This document shows, piece after piece, positions 14,839 to 26,437 of a DNA stretch of 64,000 bases. Within the stretch, counting starts at the first letter, position 1. Each line of letters begins with the position of its first letter. The stretch covers positions 42,222,001 to 42,286,000 of the forward strand of contig OX597823.1 of assembly GCA_951406725.2 (NCBI GenBank). The letters are read 5' to 3'. The position numbers and the translations under genes are program-made. The notes under the pieces were generated by a model. That model saw only the letters and a list, made by a program, of their open reading frames with translations. It did no database searches and was not told the origin of the DNA. This stretch comes from Octopus vulgaris (lineage: Eukaryota).

Positions 14839-14928
14839 AGAGCTACTGATAGTTTCATACTTTTATGATACTTGAACAGGCATATTTACAAAGTATGCCA
14901 TGTATCTTGAAGCAATCTTTCAGGCTCT
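14839..14928 (-). ncRNA. Type I hammerhead variant with core CUGA-AA-GA
   Basis: Minus strand reads AGAGC CTGAAAGA TTGCTT...AAGTAT GAAACTATCAGTA^GCTCT: 5-bp stem I, ACT/AGT stem III, GUA site. A decayed mirror copy lies at about 15540-15625. Confidence 0.65.
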
Positions 14929-15118
14929 GTTTATGTGCTATATATATATATATAGAATGGTTGTATACTGTCAATCTAACGCGAACGTGACAGTAGGGGG
15001 TTACACCACCACTGTTTAGCCCTAGGAAGCATCGATGCTTCCTGCTGGCTTCGACACATTTTTCCTGTGTCCTTATATACATTTACGAAGGGGAGACAAA
15101 CACCCCCAGCAGCCAGGC

Positions 15119-15177
15119 CTGCATCTAGAGACACGCATGTTTCAGGATCCTTGTCCATCATCAGTCTAGAGTAGCAG
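15119..15177 (-). ncRNA. Type I hammerhead ribozyme at the apex of a foldback element
   Basis: Minus strand reads CTGCTACTCTAGA CTGATGA TGGACAAGGATCCT GAAACATGCGTGTC^TCTAGATGCAG: intact core, GGA/TCC stem II, GUC site. Confidence 0.82.
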
Positions 15178-16082
15178 ACGCCCGCCAGCTGTTGATATCT
15201 GTCCCAATTCGCAAATGTATAGGGTTAAACAGCGTTGGTGTAACCCCCTACTGTCATGTTCACGTTAGATTGACAGTATACAACCATTCTATCGCCCCAC
15301 CACTGTACATATCTCTATGAGAGATTTAGAAATTTAATATTTCTGATATATATATATATATATATATATCATCATCATCCTCATCACCGTTTAACGTCCG
15401 CTTTCCTTGCTAGCATGTGTTGGACGATTTTGACTGAGGGCTGGCGAACCAGATGGCTGCACCAGGCTCCAGTCTTGATTTGGCAGAGTTTCTACAGCTG
15501 GATATATATATATATTAAAAACAAGGATGTTGGGCAGCACCTGTAAGATTACTTTAAGATACATGGTGTATTTTATGAATAAGCCTGTACAAGTATCATA
15601 AAAGCATGTAACTATTAGAAGCTCTTTCGATTGTGTATTTATATTGATATTTATCTCTCACTGGATGGAGTAAATGTTTTGCTGATTTTATCTCTATTGG
15701 ATCTTTAAACTATATATATATTTATATATATGTATGTATATACAGACAGACAGACACACACACACAAATATATATATATATATATATGTACCCAACCATG
15801 TTGTCTTGAATTCAGTCCCTCTGTATGGTAATTTGGGCAACCTAGTCAAAGCACCACATGGTTGTTTTTGCTTTAATATCCATTTCTCAATCCTACTTGA
15901 ATGGGTCGAATGGAATTCAATGACACAGATTTTTTTCCCATGGCTAGATGCCCTTTCTTGTGGCCTACCCTGACTTTTCTCCTGGCAAGGTAATATTCAC
16001 CTATGGCCTGATATCATGGAAGTTTGAAAATAAATGACAATCTATTCTTACAATATACATGCACAATACACATAACACACAC

Positions 16083-16173
<91 letters not shown>

Positions 16174-16361
16174 GAAGATACTTGCAAGAGTTATCATGCA
16201 GTGTAACAGAACCTGAGACCACGTTCTTAAGCACACAGCCATTCCTGCTGTAAAACCATAGCAAAAATAAATTAAAAGAAATATCTATTTTCATATACTT
16301 TTGTAATTGTCACATTCTTTATTTTGTTTTATTTATATTTGTTTTTTCTTAAACATTTCAG

Positions 16362-16453
16362 ATGCAATGTGAGGACAACTTTCGACGGCCCATCTTTCTC
16401 CACTCAGTGTCAGGAGAATGGATCGTGGTCACATCCCCCTCCAAAATGCTGGG
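16362..16453 (+). CDS. Internal exon (92 nt, phase 2 to 1); second half of the CCP module
   Basis: catttcAG acceptor and G|gtaagt donor. Translates (R)CNVRTTFDGPSFSTQCQENGSWSHPPPKCW(G), with the C...G.WS...P.C Sushi signature. Confidence 0.92.
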
Positions 16454-16882
16454 GTAAGTTTGTTTTTTTCCCTTCTTTTACAATTTTATGCATGGAAATA
16501 TCAAGTTTTAAATACATCCCATTCAGTGTGTATATAAAAATAATATTCAACAAGAAATGTACTTAGAAATGAAATGAATAAGATACAATAACATCATAAG
16601 ACAGTATGTACTCAACACAAATAGTGTTGATTACCCTTCTCTTTGAAGAGTAGTGGTACGATTGGAGATTTTAGGAGGTAGAAGGGTGTACTATCTTCTG
16701 TACAATAGATCATCATCAAAAGCAACAACAGCATGAAGATATAATCCACAGCTATTTCACATTTACAGCACATTGCTTCACTTTAAGAACAGATTATTTT
16801 GAATTCTTTGTAATTTTTATTTTACATTCCTCATTAAGTCTTATCAGCAAAGACTTTCAACACTTCTATAGCATTTCAGCTA

Positions 16883-17995
16883 TTCAAGGTCTGATCAATA
16901 AGTATCCAGAGTGGTGCTATAAAAACAAAACTACAACACGTACCAATTTGGCATGTAATCTCCTTCAAAGCAGTCACCTTCGGAAGCCACACACTTAACC
17001 CAGCACTGTTTTCATTGATGGAAGCATTCCTGGAACTTGTTTTCTGGGATAACCAGCAGCTGCCACATCACATTCTCTTTGACTTCCTCGACGTCCTGAA
17101 ATCTTCTTCCTTTCAAGCGGGATTTGATTTTTGGAAAGAGGAAAAAGTCACAAAGGGCGAGATCTAGGGAATACGGTGGCTGTCAGACATGGGGAATGCT
17201 GTGCCTAGCCAAAACTGCTGCACAAGCTGCGCTGAATGGGTAGGTGCATTGTCATGGTGCAATTGCCACTCACTGGACACATGCAATTGTGGCCTTTTCC
17301 AACAAATAGCATCCCACAAATGCTGCAGAACATCACGATAGTACTCCTTGTTTACTGTTTGACCAAGTGGAGCATACTCATGATGAACAGTCCCCTCATT
17401 TGTGCTTTCTTCAGTCTCAGAGAGGTTGGGATCTTCCACTGTGAAGACTGAGCCTTTGTTTCAGGATCACAAGCATCAACCCACGATTCATCACCCATTA
17501 TAACAATTTTCAAAAAATTTTCATCATTCTCAACACGGTCAAAGAGATCTTGTGCAACTGAAACCTGAGTGTCCTTTTGGTCAGCTGAAACAGTTTTGGC
17601 ACAAACTTGGCTGACACACATCTCATACCTAAATCTTTCATGATCATGGACTGAAATGAACCTTAACTTATCTGCACATCCTCTGATAACTCACAGATGG
17701 TGATTTGATGACTTCCCCTCACAGCTGCATGCATATCTGTGATGTTTTCTCAGTTCTACTGGTTGCAGGTCTCTCAGAACGTTTGTCACTATCGACATTT
17801 TTTCAGCCATCTTGGAAATGTCTGAACCAGTCGTACACTTGTGTGCAGTTCATACACTTTCTGCAACTTTGCATAGGCCATTGAGCAGGTATCACCAAGC
17901 TTTTGGCAAAATTTGATGCAGATTCTCTGCCCAACTTTCTCTGTCATGGTCAATGTGACGATCATATGCTACACATGTTCCTTCCAAGGACTGCT
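16883..17995 (-). mobile_element. Decayed mariner (DD34D) DNA transposon
   Basis: Frameshifted transposase at about 17947 to 16950: MTEKVGQRICIKFC...VIMGDESWV...WQLHHDNAPTH...PPYSLDLALCDFFLFPKIK...EGDCFEGD. A TIR-like end (ttcaaggtctgatcaataagtatcc) lies at about 16883. Confidence 0.9.
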
Positions 17996-20083
17996 GAAAA
18001 CTTCTATGACTTCTTCAAAACCCTACATTATCTGCTACTGACACCAACATCTCAAATTTAATATGGATTCTCTGCTGGTGAAAACCTGTAGAGTCATGGA
18101 TGCAGTCTGGCCTGATTGTTTTACCCAATGCCATTGATAACTGAGAGTTTTTCTTCACCTATGACCCAGACATAATATCCAATGTATTCATAATGTTGAA
18201 CTTTATCCAGAAGTTGACAATAATGTTTATCCTCCCTAATTGCTATAATGAGTTGGTTAAGCCTTTATCAAATAATATGCCATGAAATTAGATATAACAT
18301 CTTGATTGTGATTGACTTAAAAACTGTGCCAAAACAGACAGTCTTTTGCCTGGCCAGCTCCTGTCAAACCATCCAACCCATGCCAGCATGGAAGGTGGAT
18401 GTAAAATGATGATAATGATGATGATCCATTTTCTGGAGCAAAAAATTTTTGTTCTTAAGAATATATTTCATTCTCATTCTATCAAAAAGATCAGTTAAGT
18501 TTGCTGATTTGTATTGTCTGAAAGGGATAATGCTTTATTGGAAATATTATGTTGGCCAATAATTTTCTGAAGTAGAGCCGCAAAATAGACTGTAAACCCA
18601 TTTTGGAAAAGCGTGATAGTCATCCTAGCCCTCTTATTTGAGCATCAATCCACAGGTAAATTAAACTTAGTATAACTTTTCAAAGTCCTTGGATTTTGAG
18701 GAAGCTGCTCACACACACATGCACACGCATACACAGGAACTTCCATTTTATATCAGCTGCAGCGTTTGTATCAACAAGAAGCATCAGATGGTTTTAAAAT
18801 CTTTAAAAGCTGGTGCTCATTTTTATCGTTACTAAAAAGAACTAATAGACAAGCACTTTCAGAAAAGTTCAATACTGTACATGCACTCGTGTATAGTCAC
18901 CTTCAGTAATAATTTTCTTCAGTTCATCATCATCATCATCATCTACTATCATCGACATCATCATTGTAACATCTACTTTTCCATGCTTGCATGGGTTGGA
19001 CAAAATTTACTCAGATGGATTTTTACAGCTAGATACTCTTTCTGTCACCAACACTCACCCGTTTCCAAGTGAGGTAATATTTCCCTTATGACCAGACATA
19101 TTTCTACAGAAGACTGAAAATGAAAAGCACTGCTTTTATGATAGTGACACTTGTTTACAACTATCATGCAATGTGAAAACAAAAAGACAGTAACACATGC
19201 ACATACACTCACACACATATATTACACAATGGGCTGCTTTCAGTTTCCTTTAACCAAATCCACTCACAAGGCTTTGGTCAACCTAGGGTTATAGTAGAAG
19301 ACACTAAGCCAAGGTACTATGCAGTGGGATTGAACTTGAAACTATGTAGTTGGGAAGCAAACTTATTACAACATAGCAATGTCTGTCTACAATAATTTGT
19401 TGTGGCCTCTGTATCATTATTAGCAATTTTACCCATGATTTTAAAGTTGTGTGTGGCTGTGTGTTAAGAAGCTTGTTCCTGACCACATGGTTCTGGGTTC
19501 AGTCACACAGCATGGCACTTTGGGCAATTATCTTCTACTATAGCCTCAGGCCAACCAGAGCCTTGTGAGTGGATTCTGTAGATGCAAACTGAGAGAAGCC
19601 CATCATATATATGTGTGTATGTGTGTCTTTGTGTCTGTATTTGTCCCTCACCACCACCATGCTCTCTTGGCAACCAATGCTGGTGTGTTTATGTCCCATA
19701 AATTAGCAGTTCAGTGAAATGAAACTGATGGAATAAGTACTAGGCTTACAAAGAATAAGTCCTGGGATCAATTTGTTCAACTAAAGGCAGTGCTCCAGCA
19801 TGTCTGCAGTCAAATGACTGAAACAACTAAAAGAATAAGAAATGTCTTTGCAGCAGATGTTGTATCTTCAAATTCCTTCAAATTATAATGCAAAATGTTA
19901 GCTTCCACTTCAGTGACTGTTATGTTTATTAGTATATATTATATGTACACACATCAAGTGCTTATCTGAAGTGATGCTTAAATGCATCACTTCATATTTG
20001 TAAAATAATAAAATAATGTTCAGGTTTTTAATGGCGTAACTGCTTTAGCACTTCCTCTAAACTTTGAAAATCATCAAGTTTAA

Positions 20084-20208
20084 CCCTTTAGCATATAAAC
20101 TGGCCATATCTGACTCTACAATGTCATAAAATATTACATCATTGAAATCTCAGATCTACAAGTTAATACATGATTAATTCAAAATTGAGTAATCTGAATG
20201 CTAATGGG
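20084..20208. mobile_element. piggyBac-type MITE
   Basis: TTAA|CCCTTTAGCAT...ATGCTAATGGG|TTAA. Confidence 0.75.
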
Positions 20209-21027
20209 TTAATGTCTACTTTAATCTTTTTATAGCTTCTTTATATAATACTACCTTCACTTCCAAATTTTAGTCTCTTTCCAGTCATCTTGGACAAGTG
20301 TAGATAGTAAAATTTGAGAAAATTATTGATGTTCTTTCTTGGCAAATAGTAGTAAACTTATTTAATTTAGTTATTTAGAGATAGAAATATAAGAAAATTC
20401 TGAAAAACAAAGTGGAGGGATGAAGTAGTGGGGGAAGTATTTTTTGGTTCGAGTTAGTACCAAGTCACAGGTCAGTTGAATTGGTGCACTTATAAACAAG
20501 CTGACTTGAGTGCCAAGAAGACAGCAAGTAGAAACTGACAAATACGATGAGGTCTATGAGAAAAGCAAGGCCAATTGAAGTGGTACATTCACAAATAAAG
20601 TCGAGAGCAGAGGAAGGAATATATTTTCAAACAGCTTGCATATCGTGATATTATTTTACCTGTAATTTATGTATTTCTGTAAGACTGGAATTATAGGCTG
20701 AAGCTTGAAATAAATGGCATACTTTGCAAATTATTCACACACACACACACTCAAAACTTCTTTCAGGTTCCATCTACCAAATCCACTTATAAGCCTTTGT
20801 TCAGTTCAGGGCTATAGTGGAAGACACTTGCCCAGGGTACCACACTGTGGGACTGAACTTGAAAGCACATGGTTAAGATATACATAATCTTATAAAGCAA
20901 ACAGCTATATGTATATATAAATATATATCTATATATATCCATATCCATCCGTCCATCCATCTATCTATCCATCCATCCCTCTATATATATGTATGTGTGT
21001 AATATATATATATATATATATATATAT

Positions 21028-21429
21028 TAAGTAGTTGAATGAATTATCCTAGTATGGATAATTCGGTTAACCGATACCCGGGTAGCAAATTTACGTCAGA
21101 AAGCACGGTTGAAGCTACATGCCAAGGGCAGAAATCACGTGCTTTCGTGTGGAAATTTGTGTGTCTTTTTACTTTAGATAAATGAAAGAATGGAGTCAAT
21201 CGACGATTTAACAAAATTCCTTTATTCTCGACACGTGTTTCGAAGACTGCATATTCTTAATTCCGAAGGAATAAAGGGTGCATTATGCCGTTAGACAGCA
21301 TTAAGCATTAAGACGGCATAATGCACCCTTTATTCCTTCGGAATTAAGAATATGCAGTCTTCGAAACACGTGTCGAGAATAAAGGAATTTTGTTAAATCG
21401 TCGTTCGACTCCTTTCTTTCATTTATCTA
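21028..21429 (-). mobile_element. Young foldback element (arms 21175-21429) with a half hammerhead and a structured tail
   Basis: Near-perfect arms of about 115 bp, each containing GAAACACGTGTC. The tail 21028-21175 contains the palindromes tcggttaaccga and tacccgggta. Flanked by (TA)n. Confidence 0.78.
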
Positions 21430-21450
21430 TATATATATATATATATATAT

Positions 21451-22284
21451 TAATTAATTAATAAGGGTGAGAGAATTAGATACTAATTTAATAGTATGTC
21501 TATTCAACACCAAGTGGCCTAGTGCTCCGAGAAACCTGGATAATTATAATATTTTATAATATATTATAATATTTTTACAAAATAAATATAAGAGAGTGGT
21601 CACTATATGGCTCACTCTAGCACCAGTTAATCCAAAAGGTTTCAACCACAAAAATACATGTTTCCCATGAAAGTCAGTACGATTGTTAGCTCACACGGAC
21701 AGGGCAAATAAAAAATAACAAAAATACAGATTATTTTGGGACAATTGTTTCGCTATTAATGAATTAAATGTAATTTTACTTACAAAAAAATCCACTTGTA
21801 GCTCGTCAGCCAAAACTATCTGGATGAAATCCACTCAATCACACACCAGATTTTACCATAACGATAAATACACGTGTGGTTCAATTGATTACATCCGACG
21901 TTATAATTCAAATGCCCCAACTAACAGCGCGCCAAACTTTCACGGAAAACAAATACTGCATTTAGAAATAAATGCAGCATAATTATAATTAATTAATAAG
22001 GGTGAGAGAATTAGATACTAATTTAATAGTATGTCTATTCAACACCAAGTGGCCTAGTGCTCCGAGAAACCTGGATAATTATAATATTTTATAATATATT
22101 ATAATATTTTTACAAAATAAATATAAGAGAGTGGTCACTATATGGCTCACTCTAGCACCAGTTAATCCAAAAGGTTTCAACCACAAAAATACATGTTTCC
22201 CATGAAAGTCAGTACAATTGTTAGCTCACACGGACAGGGCAAATAAAAAATAACAAAAATACAGATTATTTTGGGACAATTGTT
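21451..22284 (-). mobile_element. Non-coding retrozyme-like or Penelope-pLTR-like element; 535-bp period, about 1.56 units, inserted in (TA)n
   Basis: 21451-21749 is repeated at 21986-22284 with one mismatch seen. It contains the hammerhead, is flanked by TA tracts, and has no substantial ORF. Confidence 0.82.
21734..21815 (-). ncRNA. Type I hammerhead ribozyme, fully canonical
   Basis: Minus strand reads TTTTGG CTGACGA GCTA-(43 nt)-TAGC GAAAC AATT GTC^CCAAAA: 6-bp stem I, 4-bp stem II, palindromic stem III, GUC cleavage after 21740. Confidence 0.88.
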
Positions 22285-22390
22285 ATATATGTATATATAT
22301 ATATATAACAAAATCAGTGACTGATTGTCACCTATTTTTCTATATATTGCAAGATGGAGTGAACTACTGCTATCTCTAGTGGATGGGTGT

Positions 22391-22439
22391 CCACCACTGA
22401 GTATGAGCACAAATAGCTCGAAACCATACAGTCTCATGG
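22391..22439 (+). ncRNA. Degenerate hammerhead inside a ~220-bp (TA)n insertion at 22307-22524
   Basis: CCACCA CTGAGTA T GAGC-ACAAATA-GCTC GAAAC CATACA GTC TCATGG; core G8 is mutated and stems I and III are decayed. Confidence 0.5.
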
Positions 22440-22842
22440 TCCTGTTGGCAACAAACATTATTTTTCAGTATAGTTACTACTTTCATTTCTTACAGAGATT
22501 TCCTAACTAGCTACTTTGCTTGTTATATATATATATATATATATAAAGATAAACGTCACCCTTTTCAAGCCTAGCCAGGCTCATAGATCCGGTTTCCCAG
22601 TTTCTGTGGTGTATGTGTTCCCCCTAGCTGGATGGCACGCCAGTCCATCGCAGCATTACTCAAGAAACAGGAAGAGAGAGTGAGAGAAAGTTGTGGCGAA
22701 AGAGTACAACAGGGGTCGCTAGAGCCTCATGGAGCTTTTAGGTGTTTTCGCTCAATAAACACACGCAACACCCAGTCTGGGAATCAAAACTGCAATCCTC
22801 CAACCGTGAGTCCGCTGCCCTAACCACTGGGCCATTGCACCT

Positions 22843-22892
<50 letters not shown>

Positions 22893-23600
22893 CATCATCA
22901 TCATTATCATCCTTTAACATCCTTCTTCCATTTTGTTTTTTCTTTCTTGCATGGACCTGAGTGTATCTAGCTCTAATGTCTGCTTTGGTAAGGTTCTGTG
23001 GCTGGATATCATTCCTAGAATGGCTTGGTCTACAGATGACTTGTTAATCCCTAATTCTCTCCCGAAGCTAGCTGCTGATGAAGTATTTCTTGAGTGTCAT
23101 CATAGTTGGTCATTTATTTACTCATTTAAAAGCCTAGAACATTAGCGTTATTATTGTCAAGGTAGGCATGTCAATTGTTTGTATAGCATCACATAAACTG
23201 TTTTGTGCCTCTGGGCAGAATTGGCTACAAACTTCATGTCTAATTAAGAAATCACTAATGATCTTACTAAGTGGGTTAGCTACCTGAATAAGAGAAGATA
23301 ATAAAATAGTGTCTCAGGTGTGAAGGGTTTAAGATCCTTGATCAGCGAATGTAATCTAGCATAGGACAACAATAGCATTTAACATTACTTGTCCAATAGT
23401 TTCAGCTTAACTAAGGAATTAGAAACCCATTTATCAATTATCCTACCCTACTTTCTCTTTCTTTCTCCTTCTAAATGTGTGAATGTGTGTGGGGGAGAGA
23501 AAGACAGACAGACATACAGAGAGAAAGAAAGAGTAATAAATTGATAAATGACGAAGCAATTTCTGCATACACACACATATATGTATATGTTTTATATGTG

Positions 23601-23641
<41 letters not shown>

Positions 23642-23675
23642 CACATACATATACACACATATTTTTATATATGCG

Positions 23676-23715
<40 letters not shown>

Positions 23716-23789
23716 TACACATACATATATATACACATACACATATTTTTATATATGCGTAGGTATATATATACATACACATATTTTTA

Positions 23790-23821
<32 letters not shown>

Positions 23822-24338
23822 CATACACATGTGTAATATGTATGTGTGTATATATATATATTTGTATACAGTCCTACATACATTCATTCACACATACACA
23901 CTCTTATACATACATACATACATACACTCTAGCACATGCACACTCAACTCTATCCACCTAGCTAACTGATTATCCATCAATCTATTTATCTATTAGTTCA
24001 GCTATTTATCAGTTGATTACAAAATCAATCAGTAATCCCACAGAATTGATCTAACAATATGGTTGACATTCCTCAACTGATAAACTTTCAAGTTCTTGTT
24101 CCTCAAGGAATGGAATCAACCAATAATTCAGCCCTGCCATTACAGAAATTGCATGATTTAGTGGCAAGACAGGATAAAATTCTGTCAACTGTTTAACGGT
24201 TTGGGATTCTTAACTAGACAATTTGTTGTGGTCTATCCTTAGGCAAGATATTAATTTTACTTCTTTAGAATGTAATTCTTTAATTCAGTCTCCATTTATT
24301 ATCTTCTCTGTGTTTGTATGTATACATATATAAATATT

Positions 24339-24385
<47 letters not shown>

Positions 24386-24462
24386 GTATGTGACCTCGTG
24401 TGTACCGTTGGCGATTTTTTTTTTCCTCCATCTTCCCTTCTTTGGATCTTTCCTTTTCCTAT

Positions 24463-24497
24463 GTTTCTGACGAAGAGCTCTGCTCAAAACGTTAACC
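24463..24497 (+). ncRNA. Degenerate minimal hammerhead (GAAAC mutated to AAAAC) inside a ~210-bp insertion at 24390-24598
   Basis: GTTT CTGACGA A GAGC-TCT-GCTC AAAAC GTT AAC; flanked by (TATG)n and (TA)n. Confidence 0.6.
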
Positions 24498-24594
24498 CCT
24501 CCTTCTTTCCTTCTTTCCTGAGCGTCCAATAATACTATACATGTTCCACATCTTCGCGTTGTTGTGTTTTCTCTTTGTGTTTTCATGTTTGGAT

Positions 24595-24633
<39 letters not shown>

Positions 24634-24705
24634 TAATTCTCATACAAGAATGTTGTTGACAATGACTCTGACTTCGAAGTTACAGCCAGTTAAGCCATCA
24701 TTGAG

Positions 24706-24748
24706 CAGTCTGACGATGGCTAAGCTGGTCGAAACCTCGAAGTTACTG
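24706..24748 (+). ncRNA. Type I hammerhead ribozyme, sense to the host gene
   Basis: CAGT CTGACGA T GGCTA-AGC-TGGTC GAAAC CTCGAA GTT^ACTG. A partial inverted decayed copy lies at 24651-24700. Confidence 0.68.
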
Positions 24749-25434
24749 TCAACAACAAATTGTAAAAATTGTAAATAATAAAATGTGAAAATCAGACTTA
24801 GTTGGAATTTCAGTGATTAATATATTCTTCTATACACAATCATACAAACGTAAATATTTATCTATCTGTCTGTCTGTCTATCTATCTATCTATACATATA
24901 TATAGACAGAGAGATAGACATATAGATATATACATATATATTCTTTTATTCTTTCACTTGCTTTAGTCATATGACTGTCACCTTGAGGGGTTTTAGTCAA
25001 ACAAATCGACCCCAGGACTTATTTTCTAGGCCTAGTACTTATTCTATCAGTCTCTTTTACTAAACTGCTAATTTATGGGATCATAAACACACCAACACCA
25101 TTGGACAAACACAGACATAGATATATAGTAATGCATACATAGATACATATATATTTGTATACGATGGGCTTCTTTCAGTTTCTGTCTACCAAATCCACTC
25201 ATGAGGCTTTGGTCAGCTCAAGGCTATAAAAGACACTTGCCCAAGGTACCACACAATAGGACTGAACCCAAAATCATGTGGTTGAAAAGCAAGCTTCTCA
25301 CCACACAGCCACTCCTATATATATATATATATATATATATATAACAAAGAGTAAAATTAATTAATTAAGAAGTAATCAATAATTTCACCAAGTAGAATTT
25401 GGCATGAAAAAAAGGACCATGAGTTTACCATGAA

Positions 25435-25475
<41 letters not shown>

Positions 25476-26150
25476 TATATTCACATACAGTGGAATTTCA
25501 GTTTATAAATTTAATTCACTTCTGAAGGCTGTTCATCACCTGAAATCTCACTATAAATGGGCATTATGTCCGTCTGTGTGTCTGTCTGTCTGTTCCCTCT
25601 TGACTGTCAAACGGTAATCAGAAAGGTTTTTAGCAGTAAAAAACAGAAGAATTTTAGCATTAAAATATCAGAAAGTATGATTATTTCTTGGATATCAATT
25701 TTTGGGTAGATAAACCCACCTTTGCATTTTTATCAAAAATTCCAACTCTGGATCTTCATCATATAGTTCATGGCCCATTGTAGATACAAAGGGAGTCGTG
25801 AGGATGGTTAACAGTGAAAATATAATGGAAAAAGTTTGTATCAGTATATAGTGTGTGTGATTATTTAGTGGTTGTTGAAGTGTGTCAGTCTCGAGTAGGA
25901 TTCGAAATGAGTAATCAAAGCGGCTGTTGTTTACATCTCAGTTTTGTCAATCAAAATAACCCATGGTACCAGAACATCCATATATATATATATGCATACA
26001 TATATATAGATATGAAATGAGCTTCTTCCAGTTTCTGTGTGCCAGATCCACCTACAAAGCTTTGGTCAGCCTGTGGGTATAGAAGGAAAGACTAATAGGA
26101 CTGAAACCATATGACTGAGAGGCAAACAACCACACAGCCATGCCTTATAT

Positions 26151-26200
<50 letters not shown>

Positions 26201-26211
26201 ATACACATATA

Positions 26212-26437
26212 CACAAGGGGGTGATACTGAAAAGTTCCTGGCTTGGAGTAGAAGAAAATACATTAGGGTCATTTGATTATGATTTTATTCAACATATTCC
26301 CATCTCAGATTCACACACTTATTGCAGTGGTCCTTCATTTTTTTTCTAAGCCTTGTAAAAGAACTTGGAATGTTTGGCCTCCAACCAGGCCTTTCACAAT
26401 ACCCTTAAAGCCAGGAACTTTTCAGCCCCACCCCACT
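26212..26437. mobile_element. Mariner-type MITE
   Basis: TIRs ggggtgatactgaaaagttcctggctt and aagccaggaacttttcagccccacccc. Confidence 0.75.

Larger units (their letters stand above)
14815..15710. mobile_element. Nested foldback elements: outer arms 14822-14925 and 15540-15641; inner element 14952-15345
   Basis: Two concentric inverted repeats separated by (TA)n, each with a hammerhead and an unpaired right-hand tail. A SINE/LINE-tail fragment lies at 15370-15503. Confidence 0.8.
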
